Shown: in pieces, positions 49,801 to 62,026 of the stretch
Layout: each line of letters opens with the position of its first letter
How positions within the stretch are numbered: position 1 is the first letter of the stretch
From: Chiloscyllium plagiosum
Taxonomy: Eukaryota
Assembly (NCBI RefSeq): GCF_004010195.1
Contig: NC_057710.1
Span: 125,229,397 to 125,293,396, forward strand
Length of the DNA: 64,000 nt
Direction of reading: 5' to 3'
Translations under genes and position numbers: made by a program
The notes under the pieces: model-generated
Database searches by the model: none
Told to the model about the DNA's origin: nothing
The model's input: only the letters and a program-made list of their open reading frames with translations

Positions 49801-51529
49801 GTCAGATTGCTCCATTCGGAGTAGAATATTTCAAAACAAAGCCTTTCATCAGGTTCTTCTGGGGTTTCTTCCTGTTAATTGAATGATATTGCTGTACCAA
49901 CAGTCCAATTGACAACACCGAGTGATGCTGAAGTGTTTTCAGATAGAGTGCACCTCACCTGTAAATGGTCTGCCCCCTTGTTGCAATTTGAGCATGGTCA
50001 ATGTCTTTGTGCAGATGAGCATTCCAGTCTGCTAGACCCATACCAAGTGAATATGAACTCAAATGTTTCAGGGCTTCTGTCTTTTTGCTCATATTCAACA
50101 TTCTGAAAAATTCTGGAAGTTGTTCTTATACATGTCTTTCTTTTTATGTTCAATTTTTTTCTCAGCCTTTCTCTCACTGTTCACTTGTGTCTTTTTCTTG
50201 CCACACAACTTCTCATCTCCACACTTATCATTCTCTCTATAATTTTCATATAAGTTTTGCATTGATGTTTTATTTGTCACTGGCTGTACGAAATGTAGAT
50301 TTGAAACATTGGGCCCCATGCTGGAGTTTGAAGTATTGAAGCATTTTCGTTTCATGCATGCCCTGTTTTCCTAAATTCAACCACTTGGGCATCCAACTGG
50401 CAATTATATTTTCAACTTTCTAGGCTCCACACTTGGCGGTTCTGCAAGTCTGTGACAATGTCATGCCAAAGCCAATCATTTCCTACCAAATCTACCTTGG
50501 TTTTTGTCCAGAAGTTTCAGATTTTTCTCAACGTTTTCAAGTAAACATGAGAAAACCTTCACAAGTATACTCAAGGTCTTTAGTTGTAAGGCAACAAATG
50601 CAATTGAAACATTTTGCTTTTTTTGATTTGCTTTCAGTTTGGTTTATTTGATTTCAATAATTTCTCTGCCTTTGTACTCGAATCATTTCCAAACCCATCC
50701 TAACTCTAACTCTCTTTTAGTAAGTGGAAAGGCAAGAATGGGAGTATACACGCAATGGGAAGACAATAAATGGTATGATTGACATAGTGACTGAAATGCA
50801 CATTTACTTGCAAATACACATTTACTTTAAGTATGACTGAACGAAGATGAAGTGTGAACCAAAGGCCAAAGAATCTTGATTTATAAAAAGGTACACAAAA
50901 CATATGTAATAATGCAATATTACATTTGCATAAAAATACATTGAACAACATTATGTAGTTTTAGGTTCTGTATGACAAGAAGCTCTTTAAAGCCGTAGAG
51001 TCTATGACAGAATGTTACCTCCCCTGGTGTGTTGAGGGGCTGGGGATAGTGAAGGGTCTTTGATAGAACAGCAAGGAGCTGCAGTGGCATGGCTCCCCAA
51101 AGCAACATTGCCACCAGAGATTTGTCGCAGTGGCAGGCTGACAAGTGGACCAACTATTTACTGTGGCAGTCGATATATGTAATTAAAGAACTTATTTCAG
51201 TCATAGTGGGACAGCCCCAGCTCATAGGAAGAAACCATCAGCTCCATGAAAGCAGCTTTCATGAGGCACTCAAATAGTGGAAGAAGTCATTGGAACTTGT
51301 GGCTCCACTGTCCACAGAGGGGGCCACAGGTAGAGAAGGCATTCTCTACAGCCCAGTGCTACACTACTGGTAAGCATTTGTCCTCATACTGGGGGCCAAA
51401 ACCTCATGGTAAATTCAGATCCATATCGTTAAATGCACTAGGATGAGGCCACACTGATACCTTCCTTTATTAACGACTCTCCCTCTCCTCCTTTTCCTCT
51501 CTGCTTATTCTTTCCAGAATGTCAAATAC

Positions 51530-53050
51530 CTCTGAATATTGAGTTCCCAGCCCTGGTCACCTTGCAACGTCATCTCAGTCATAACTATCAAGTCCTGTTA
51601 ATTTATTTCCATGTGTGCCATCAGCTCATAAAAATTGTTACTGATGCTGTCTGCATTCAGATAAAGAGCCTGAAGCTTTGACATTTTACTGCTATTACTT
51701 TTTCTAGTTCTGATTTCTGCCATATTCTGCTGCTTGTACGTTCTGCCCCTTCCTGTCACACTTTGATTACCATACACGCCTTCACATCCCTGCATCTCTG
51801 CTCTGTCAGTTTTGATTTTTTAATCTTCCCTTTAATTGAACCTTCCCTCCCCACCAATTAGGTTAAATCCCATAAGACTGAGGGGGGCGGGATTTACAGA
51901 AATGTATAAGATCATGAGAGGTATGGATAAGGTGAACGCACTCAGTCTTTGTCCAAGGGTTGGTGAATTGAGGACTGGAGGGTATCAGTTTAAGGTAAGA
52001 GGGGAAAGAATAAATGGAAACCTGAGGGGTAACTATTTTTACACAGAGGGTGGTATGCATATGGAATAAGCTGCTAGCAGAAGTGGTTGAGGAGGGTATA
52101 TTAACAACATTTAAACGGCATTTGGACAAATACATGGATAGGAAAGTTTAGAAGGATATGGGCCAATTGCAGGGAAGTGGGGTTAGCATAAATGGACATT
52201 TTGGTCGGTATGCACCAATTTGGGCCAAAGGGCTTGTCTCCATGCTTTGGGACTCTATGACTCTAAAGTCCTATCTATAAACATAGTTTTATGATTCAGC
52301 AGGACACAGACTCCTCATCATTCAACTGAAGCGCATCCCAACAGAACAGTTCCCTCATTCCCCAGTACTGGTGCCTTTTTCCCGTGAGTTGGAACTTATT
52401 TCTCTTACACCAACTTTTAAGCCAGGTATTCACCTCAGAAATGTTATTTACCCTGCATCAATTTGCATGTGGGCTCAGGCAGTAATCCAAAGATTATTAC
52501 CTTTGTCGTTCTGCTTTACAATTCAGCTTTGAGCTGTTGTAATCCCACAGCAAAATCTATTTGTTTCCTCTGCTTTGCTGCCGAGAACAGTAACCAATCC
52601 CTTAACAAACCCCTATTGGTACAACATTTCTCTTTTCTGTTCCAACTTGAATGGAACTCTGTACTGCAGTGCTGTGGTCAATCCACTCATCCTCCCTGCA
52701 GGCTCAACCTCCTCCATACTGGGAATAAAAAGATCATCTCTATTGAAAGAGGACATTGGCTATGGCTCCTCAAAAACTAAAGTCTGGATTCTAATGCTTA
52801 CCACAGCCTCCTGTCCCTGATCTCAGGCCAAATTTGGTGTAATTAATCTATGACTGTCTCTTGAAACACAATGTCCAGGTACCTTTCTCCCTCCCTGATG
52901 TGTCACAATGTCTGCAGCTCCGGCTCCAGCTCATCAACCCTGTGCCTCAAGCAGCCAACATATGCTGCAGATGTGGTCACCATGAATTGCACCAGTGTCG
53001 AGAATCTATAACACACTATAGCTGCAATGCATTACCTGCACAGCAATATT
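51530..53050 (-). mobile_element. Old CR1 5' portion (ORF1 and ORF2 start)
   Basis: LQALYLNADSISNNFYELMAHMEIN (ORF2 start) at 51600-51680, with ORF1-like remnants upstream. Confidence 0.65.
51875..52265 (+). mobile_element. CR1 3' end nested in the older CR1
   Basis: Encodes RLRG...EMYKIMRGMDKVN, with the tail GACTCTATGACTCT. Confidence 0.85.
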
Positions 53051-53667
53051 GATACAGTTTAAATAATGTGTTTGGACTGTGAATTTTATAAGTACCCTCT
53101 TCATCTGTAATAACACTTCCTCATTTAAGACACTTGGCCAATTAAAAAGGACAGGGAAGGAATACACACCAATCTTCTACTAGTTTTACTGAGATATCAC
53201 ACTTCAGCTCTGGCAGGTATAACAGTTTGAAGGGGTTCTCTGCTGTTGGTTTTTATCCACCTGCTGCTGCCCTTCTCCTGCACACAAGATGCTAACTTTC
53301 TGCACACCCCGCCTGGTCTGTTTTATAGTACTTGCACATTTCTGCCAGTCACCCCAGGTACCTGTTATAGATGATAATCAGGAATGATTGTCATGATTAG
53401 GTATAGATTTATTATTGTCATGTGAAAACAAAATAATAGCATGTACAGAAAGTGAACCTTTATTTTCTTTACCAATTCTTAAGTTGTTGGAGTGAATAAA
53501 GAGAGATCCATTTTGTCTGCTTGAGAGTCACTGATGAGGAGCATTCATTTAAAATTATTACTGACAGCATGGAGTGATTTTAGGAGAAGTTACTATGTAA
53601 AGTGGTTGAAACATAAACCATCGCTTCCTTTAAATCTCAAACAATAAACATAAATATTGGTTAATGA

Positions 53668-53966
53668 GGAGAGGCGATGGCCTCATGGGTTGATTGCTAG
53701 TTTATTAATCCAGAGATCCAGGTAATAATCTGGGAATTCAAGTTCAAATCCTGGTATGGCAGATGGTGGAACTTGGCTTCAATAAAAATCTGCAATTGAA
53801 AATCTGATGATCATGAAACCATTGCTGATAGTTAAGGCAAAAACATCTGGTTCACTAATGTCCTTTAGGACATTACCCAGTCTAGCCTAGATGTGACTTC
53901 AAATCCACAATAATGTGACCCAGAACTGCCCTTTGGGCAATTAGGGATGGGCATTAAATGCTGGCT
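53668..53966 (+). mobile_element. tRNA-derived SINE with L2-type tail
   Basis: GGCGATGGCC.. A-box-like head, AGTTCAAATCC B box, CATCTGGTTCACTAATGTCCTTTAGG body and GGGCAATTAGGGATGGGCATTAAATGCTGGC tail. Confidence 0.7.
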
Positions 53967-54254
53967 TAACATGAATTTAAAATAATTAAGAAACAGGATT
54001 ATGAGATTAAAAGAACAGGTCAATGGGATTGAGCTAAATGGTATAATTTGAAGTTAGACATGTGAGTGGCTTCGCAATTTTCTGCATCTCACCAAATTAT
54101 TTATGCTAATGAGCTGTTGAGCACATTTCTCAGTTTACAAACCTTTGGCATGACATTTAAAGCCCACTGTACATCACTCATCCAGCAAATCAAGAACTAC
54201 CTCTCATATTGTAGTGTTTGAATTTAATCAATCAGGCAATGTTCCAAAAAGTAG

Positions 54255-56030
54255 CAAAGCTTGCTCCTCATTTCAGGGTAGAGATATAGAGGTGTTGTGT
54301 TGGTGGAAAGAAATCAATACTTTGATGTGTTGACCATCAAAAGATGCCACATCACCAGACCCCAGATGTGCAAGGTGTAGAAAGAAGTTCAGTGATCTCC
54401 TATGCTCCACAATGGTACATACTTCTCCCTGTGATCTCACACTGATACTGCCAATACTCACTCTACTACTCCATACCCATTTCCCCAAGGTTCATGTACT
54501 ACAGCCTTTATGTCCTATGTATCATGCCCATTCAAAGATTCTCACCACATCATCGTCCCAAGTTACTAACCATTATAGCCCTCTGAACTTCCTACCCATT
54601 CACTGTGGCACCCAAACACCTATCCTGGTAATTTAAGACCACTAACTGATCATGCATGCACTTCCCTGATGCTCAACCCCTCCCTTTTTGTCATGTTATG
54701 ATCGTAGCTGAAGATAACAGGACAATTCAAATTTCGGAGTGAAACCCGAGTTACAGACAATAACGTTTGGTTTTGTAAATTGCTGATCATGGTGGTCAGT
54801 CACTGAATATTTTCACAAGACTGCCAATGTATTTTTACCAAAATAACATCAGAGCTTATGACACACAATAGAGAAAAACAAAACAATTTACACTATCTAA
54901 TAATTATTTGAAATTGTCTTATTACAGATATTAGCAATAAAGATTTGCTGCCAGAGGCCTGTGCTCTCTGGCTACAACCTGAACACTCATTTACCACTTG
55001 GATGATTGGTTAAATTTATTTAAAAGAAATTTGTTTCTGTATCTGCCTTCCTGTATTATAAGATACCCTAGTGCGAGGCAACAGTTGAAATTTGTTCACT
55101 CTTTTTTACTCATGTTTTCGAAAAAAAATTGAAAAAAAAATTCATCTCAAAAACATTTCTTCAATCTTATTTTAAGAGCATGTAAACAAATTTCCACAAG
55201 GCTCTGCTTCACTCAGAATTCAAAAATTGTACTAAAATTATATCCTTCCCTTCTTAATCTTCGCAGTATAGAAATACAAATTTTTATGTGGTTCTGACTA
55301 CTTTAGAAACCAAGTTTGCAAATCTATCATGATATAATAGATTTTACAAGGGGTGCAGCCTACATCCCTACCTGCCAGGAGGCCTAGGTTCAAGTCCCGT
55401 CTGCTCAGAGATGTGTACTAACAACTCTGAATGTATTGACTGGAAAATAGCTATAAAGGTAATGATGAATCTTGGTCACAGACATTGCAGGAAAAGTTGG
55501 CCCAGGCTGCAAAGTCTAAGATGAGCAGGGTTACAAACAAAGTTCCTGGCTCCTTACAAAGGAAAAATACTGATTTGGCTGAAGAAAAGCACAATCATTC
55601 TTGTGGTTATGGGGAGATGCCAAAAGGCAACCAGCCCAGTAGGTTTCCTTATGCTGAGTTGGGTCCCATTACAACCAGTGATAATGCATTCTAAATTTCC
55701 ACAAACTTTTATTTATCACCTACAACTAATTCCCTTTCCTCTCCTTTGCAGGTACAAGAAGCATCCAGCAAAGTTCTGCCAAAAGCCAACACTGAAGAAC
55801 CTCCATCTCTGAAACAGAGGCCAGAGAAGCCTCCGAGTATGTATTTGCAAGATGTCTGCCTGCACCCTTCATCACCACAGAGCTTTTCACCTCAGTTTCC
55901 CAGATTAGACATATTTGCACAATCTGGTGAGTACATCACAGGCACACATCCGCAATTGGTCAAGGTAAATACACCCCTGGTCTCAGATAGTCAGTGGACT
56001 GCTGGAGACTGGGAAAGTCCCAGGGAGAAG
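54255..56030 (+). pseudogene. Relic of a spliced Harbinger-associated Myb/SANT-like gene
   Basis: RCRKKFSDLL at 54373 resembles the trihelix QCRKK.NDL motif. Acceptor-like TTGCAG sites precede EKLAQ (55491) and VQEAS (55752). Confidence 0.5.
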
Positions 56031-57633
56031 AAATTCCTTTGTTCTCAGTCATTAATTTCTTTGTCAAACTGCAGAGAGAGGCAGCAAACCATCAATCAGA
56101 TTTGTCAGAGGAACACATGAAATAGGATTGAAAAATGGTGTAGTCTAAGAATACTTCTGTGGACATGTTGGCAATCACCTTGAATAGCCAGTTGCAGCAC
56201 ACTTGGCATATTTAAAGTCCTGCACATTATTGTTGTAGCTGTGGATTCGTTCAGCTAAATATAAATGGCAAGGCTTGAGAGTGTGAGGGAACTTGACTTC
56301 TATCCAGATGCTCTTTCTCTCAGAGAGACCAGGTGGTGTCATCAAGCATCTACAAAGAGGAGATACATGTAAGCAGTAGAAGTCATAGAGTGTGCCATGT
56401 TTTGTCACTCTGGAGTCAATCTGTGTCAGTTATCAAATGCTTAATTTTGAGTGCTGGCCTCTGCTAAAAAGTTTAATAAAGCAGACGTATGAGTTTTCTG
56501 AAACCAACCAGATTTCTTATCATGTGAATAACAAAAGTTATTTTCTTTTCAGTGTGCTATTTTAATGAAGCTGGATGAGAAATATGTTTGGATGCAGTTG
56601 TGTGATATGGATGGAAATTAAACAGAATGCAGCAGAGCTTAAAGTAATATAAATTATCACACTTTATGTTAATTCAACAAGAGCCTGAATTTTTTTACTT
56701 CAGCAGTACTTATTTTAATCCAAATTAGTGACTCTGAATACCACCCAACCCAGACTGTTTAATCAAATAGGCAGTGCAGCTGTTAGAATTCTATCAGATG
56801 TTGTCAAATCTGACATGTACTTGAATAACAAAGCAGACATTTTGTCTATAATTCATGATGTTTAAGTACTGATAGTAAGTATATATTTGCCAGAATAACA
56901 TCTCACCTTCAGAACCAAAGTAAAGAATATATATGTGTGTAGGTGTATGTATATATTTTGTTGAACAGACTTGAGGTTTGCTTTAGTTATTCAAGTATGT
57001 AAATTGAATGGTATTATAAATGCCAGCAAGTATGCCTTTCCCCCATTCAGTTGCAGCTTTTAAATCATTGGTTGGTATTTATTTGTTATAAAACATAATG
57101 TGAAACTAATTTTTAAATGACATCCTGATTTTCCTATTTCTACATTATGGGCACATCAAATACTTTATAGCTAAGGCAAAGTTTGATTTTTTTTAAAAGT
57201 GACTATTTCATAATCAATCCAGCTCCTCTTCTTCAAATAGTTCCAGGAGCTGACAACCTCTGCATGAAGAAATGTTTCCGAAATGTGTTTCATCTAATCT
57301 TGTTCTCCTGGCATATCAGAAAGTGTTGACCTAGAGTACTAGTTCCTAAATCTTGAATTATTTTTGATGTATAAATATGGATTATGTAAATAATAATGCA
57401 CTGTGGACAAGAAATTACTTCACAAAAATAATTCCAGTTTTACATTGCATACGATGTTCTCAGTACTGAGAGGCAAAGAGTAGATACGGCAAACTGTTCA
57501 TTTGCAATTTGCCTGGATCTGAGTGGTATTATTCAGATAATAAGGAGGAAAGGGCAGGTTACAGACTAGTATTTTAATAGGCTGAAGTTGTATTTCTGGA
57601 GTTATACTGTGCAAAATCAAATACAACTGTTAT

Positions 57634-57718
57634 GAATAAAAACAGAAGTTGCTGGAAAAGCTCAGCAGCATCTGTGAAGAGAAATCAAAGTTAACATTTC
57701 GGGTCTGGTGACCCTTCC
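57634..57718 (-). mobile_element. Family C Penelope-type terminal unit
   Basis: Minus strand reads GAAGGGTCACCAGACCCGAAATGTTAAC...CACAGATGCTGCTGAGCTTTTCCAGCAAC. Confidence 0.7.
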
Positions 57719-58280
57719 TTGTCCACTAACTTATGAAACTGCTCCAAAGGCTTATTGCGCTACTTCAGAATGTGACTGGGGTTTAACTTTGTTTGAAGTG
57801 CACAAAGTCAAACATCTATAGATGAGTCTTAATTTCAAACTTGTCATCAATGTAAATTAATTCAAGATCAGAACTAAAGAAAATACTAAAGTACGAATGG
57901 AGAAACATTGACTTCCTGAACTTTTTAGTGGAAAGCAAAGCAATATCTCTACTTTTTTTTAGTATTGGAAACCATTCTAAATGCATCTGAAATAAACCCT
58001 TACATTTGTTAACTTCTTATAACCATTGTGAAGTTGGTAGCGTTTTGCTTTGGGAAAGGGTTATTAGTTGCAACAGCACATTATTCGTGCAAAAAAACTA
58101 TACTGACCAGCCGAAGGCTATAACAACCTTTACTGAATTCAAATGAATGAAATTGATACCACAGCAGCATGTGAGATTGATTATTGAATTGACATGCTAA
58201 TTTTCACTGCCTTTAGCAAACTGTTTCAGCACGCATGAGCCTGATTTTAACTGTGTAGGTGGCTGCTGATGAATGGTTTC

Positions 58281-58473
58281 GAGATGCCGGTGTTGGACTG
58301 AGGTGTACCAAATTGAAAATCACATAACACCAGGTTATAGTCCAACAGGTTTATTTGGAAGCAATAGCTTTTGGAGCGCTGCTCCTTCACCACCTGATGA
58401 AGGAGCAGCGCTCTGAAAGCTAGTGCTTCCAAATAAACCTGTTGGTCTTTAACCTGGTGTTGTGTGATTTTTA
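58281..58473. mobile_element. Palindromic Penelope-like family B element (~74-bp arms plus ~35-nt tail)
   Basis: 58316-58389 is an imperfect reverse complement of 58398-58471. A possible TSD TGAATGG(T/G)TT lies at 58270-58279 and 58478-58487. Confidence 0.85.
58391..58425 (+). ncRNA. Minimal type I hammerhead ribozyme motif (family B)
   Basis: cac-CTGATGA-A-GGAGC-agc-GCTCT-GAAA-G-CTA-gtg: helix I cac/gtg, 5-bp helix II, palindromic AGCT, CUA cleavage triplet. Confidence 0.7.
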
Positions 58474-58850
58474 GCCTTGAATGGGTTATGATCAGGCCAC
58501 TTTCAATTCTAAATATACTTGCCAACCTTGCTGTCTTATTACTGTAGAGGAACATGAGATCTAACTAGCTGAATAGTCATATTTTTAACATGTATAAATC
58601 CAAGGTTACCCCAATGTGACATTGTCTGAAATCTCACAATGTGGCTCTAAAGTTAAAGTAACCTTTCCTGGCAAATTGAAATAAGTCTTATCTCAGTTTT
58701 TCTTTCATGTCCCTCTCCCTATCACCAATTAATAGAGCAATTAAGACTAAGTCAATCAATTCCCTCACAAAGGAGCTGAATAATTATCAAGATGGAACTA
58801 AATAAATTGAGATAAATAAATTAAGCTGATTTAGGCATTTGGAACAATGT

Positions 58851-58943
58851 CCTGATGAAAGGCTATCGCCCGCAACATCGATTTTCCTGCTCCTCGGATG
58901 CTGCTTGACCTGCTGTGCTTTTCCAGCACCACTCTAATCTAAA
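58851..58943 (+). mobile_element. Penelope-like family A mini-insert with a perfect 15-bp TSD
   Basis: Starts CCTGATGAAAGGCTATCGCCCGCAACATCG. CATTTGGAACAATGT lies at 58836-58850 and 58944-58958. Confidence 0.88.
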
Positions 58944-61912
58944 CATTTGGAACAATGTGTGTAGAGAACATCAAACCAGAAGTAATAGTGAAAACATGTG
59001 GATAATTCATTAGTCAGAAGGTTTCTGTAGGATCAGAGAGTACTTAAATTGTTTAAATTTAAACTGTACTTATATATTGATTAATGTGTAGTCAGAAGGT
59101 ATAATTCTTAAAGCAATTCTTACAGCTTTAAAATAAAAAAGATAGAATCATAGAACTTTGTAGCGCAGAAAGAGGCTATTTGACTATTGTACTTTTGCTG
59201 AGTCTCTGTAAAAGTTATTCATTTAATTCAAATTTTCTCTGTCCTCCTAAGAAGAGGTTTGGGCCATTCAGCTTGTTGAGACTGATCTGGCATTTATATG
59301 ATCATAGCTGAATAAAAACTTCAATGCTTTTTACACCATAATTGTTTATGTCATTGGTAATCAAATATTTATTGACACTATTTTAAATATACTTAAAGGC
59401 TGACACAGCCCTCTGTTGTAAAGAATTCCAAAGATTCACCAGCATCTGACAAAACGTTCTTCACTTTTTTTCAGCAGCTGTTGGAGTGGGAGGAGCGACA
59501 GCAAGGGCCCGAAGACTGACAGGAAGGTAAATTTTAAAAGATATAAAGGTTTACCTTGTGTATAGGCGGAGCACACACTGAGCAGGAGCAGACACGGGAC
59601 TGCTGGGTAAGTGAGCCTTAATATGTGGGTGGTTGCTTTACCCCAAACACTCCTCTGGTAGTGTCTCCCACCCGTCCTCCTGCTCGAACATAAATAAAGG
59701 TTCTGTGCGCCAGTTGGTAAGGTGACTGGTTTCTGTATTTTTTTTGTTTTTCAGTGGTCTTTTTTAGGAATTTAGAATAGTGGGAATGGAGGTTAAGGCA
59801 GTTGAATGTTCCTCCTGTAAATGTGGAAGATAAGGATCACCAGTAGTGTCCCTGCTGGCTGCATCTGTGGGAAGTGCACCCCAACTCCAGCTCCTCAAAA
59901 GTCACGTTTGGGAACTGGAGCTGGATGAACTTCGGATTATTCGGGAGGGGCAGGGGGTTATTGAGAGGAGTTACAGGGAGGTAGTCACATTTCAGGTACA
60001 AGAAGAAGGTAGGTGGGTTACCATGAGGGGATGGAAAGGGAACCGGCAGGCACTGCAGGGATCCCCTGTGGCCGTTCCCTTCAACAAGATGTATACAACA
60101 GAGTCTGTTCCTGTGGCTCTGAAGGGAAGGGGGAAGAGGAGCAGAGCATTAGTCATTGGGGATTCCATAGTTAGGGGGACCGATAGGAGGTTCCATGGGA
60201 ACGAGAGAGCTTCACAGTTGGTGTGTTGCTTCGCAGGGTTCATGATGTCTCTGATCGTGTTTTTGGGATCCTTGCAGGGGAGGGGGAGCAGCCCCAAGTT
60301 GTGGTCCAAATAGGCTCCAACAACATAGGTAGGAAGAGAAATGGGGATTTAAAGCAGAAATTTTGGGAGATGGGGTGGAAGCTTAGAGCTAAAACAAACA
60401 GAGTTGTTATCGCTGGTTTATTGCCCGTGCCACATGCTAGCGAAGCGAGGAGTAGGGAGAGAGAGAGAGGAGTTGGACACATGGCTACAGGAATGGTGCA
60501 GGAGGAAGGGTTTTGAATTCATGGATAATTGGGGCTCTTTCTGAGGTAGATGGGACCTCTACAAACAGGATGGTCATCACCTGAACCAGAGGGGTACTAA
60601 TATCCTGGTGTGGGTGGGGGTGTGTGAAATTTGCTAATGCTCTTCAGTGGGTTTAAACTAATGCAGCAGGGGGATGGGAACCGAAATTGTAGTTCGAGTA
60701 TACGGGAGGATGAGAGTAGTGAAGTCAGAACTAAGATTTCAAGATCACAAGAAGGTACTGGCAGGCAAAAACTTGGTTTGAACTGTGTGTCTACTTCAAT
60801 GCCAGGAGCATCTGCAATAAGGTGGGTGAACTTGCAGTATGGGTCAGTACCTGGGATTTCGAGGTTGTGGCCATTTCAGAGACATGGGTAGAACAGGGAC
60901 AGGAATGGTTATTGCAGGTTCCGGGATTTAGATGTTTCAGTAAGAACAGAGAAAATGGTAAAAGAGGGGGTGGTATGGCATTGTTAGTCAAGGACAGTAT
61001 TACTGTTGCAGAAAGGATGTTTGAGGACTCGTCTACTGAGGTAGTATGAGCTGAGATTAGAAACCGGAAAGGAGAGGTTACCCTTTTGGGAGTTTTCTAT
61101 AGGCCTCCAAATAGTTCCTGAGATATAGAGGATAGGATAGCAAAGGTGATCCTCGATAGGAGTGAGAGTGACAGGGTAGTTGTTATGGGGGACTTTAACT
61201 TCCAAATATTGACTGGGAATGCTATAGTTCAAGTACTTTAGATGGGTCAGTTTTTGTCCAATGTGCACAGTCGGGTTTCCTGACATAGTATGTAATCAGG
61301 CCAACAAGAGGCGATGCCAGATTAGATTTGGTACTGGGTAATGAATCTGGCCAAGTGTTAAATTTGGAGGTAGGTGAGCACTTTGGTGCTAGCACTTTGG
61401 TTATGTTTACTTTAGTGATGGAAAGGGATGGGTATATAATGCAGTGCAAGAGTTAAAGCTGGGGGAAAGGTAATTACGATGCAATTAGGCAAGATTTAGG
61501 ATGCATAGGATGGGGAAGGAAACTGCAGGGGATGGGCACAATTTAAATGTGGAGCTTATTCAAGGAACCGCTCAAGCAGGTCCTTTAAGAATGTACTGGT
61601 CAGGCAGGGGAGAAGTTGTCGTGTGTGGAAGCCATGATTTATTAAAGAAGTTGAATCTCTTATCAAGGGGAAGAAGAAGGCTTATGTTAGGATGAGATGT
61701 GAAGGCTCAGTTAGGATGCTTGAGAGTTACAAGTTAGCCAGGAAAGACTAAAGAAAGAGCTAAAAGAGCCAGGAGGCGACATGAGAAGTCATTGGCGGAT
61801 AGGATCAAGGAAAACCCTAAGACTTTCTAGCTATATCAGGAATAAAAGAATTAGAGTTTATCTGCCTTCCCTGGTAGGTCCCTTGCATTGAAATAAATGC
61901 AGTTTAAATCAA

Positions 61913-62026
61913 TGTCAGAAATGGGATTCGAACCCACGCCTCCAGTCAGAGACCAGAACACCCACCGCGCAATGGGTAGGGCTGCATCCTTGAGTCTGGT
62001 GCCTTAGACCACTCAGCCATCCTGAC
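61913..62026 (-). tRNA. Intron-containing tRNA-Leu(CAA) copy, probably a pseudogene
   Basis: GTCAGGATGGCTGAGTGGTCTAAGGCACCAGACTCAAG-[30-nt intron, 61959-61988]-TTCTGGTCTCTGACTGGAGGCGTGGGTTCGAATCCCATTTCTGACA. The anticodon is at 61990-61992 and the intron is at the canonical 37/38 position. There are two CpG-decay changes and no T4+ terminator nearby. Confidence 0.88.

Noticed and set aside
55752-55926. Apparent host coding exon with strong splice sites
   Set aside because: Better explained as part of a Harbinger Myb/SANT relic. Kept only as an exonisation candidate.
61913-62026. Functional tRNA-Leu gene
   Set aside because: CpG-decay substitutions, no Pol III terminator, and a position inside a LINE. 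Treated as a probable pseudogene.
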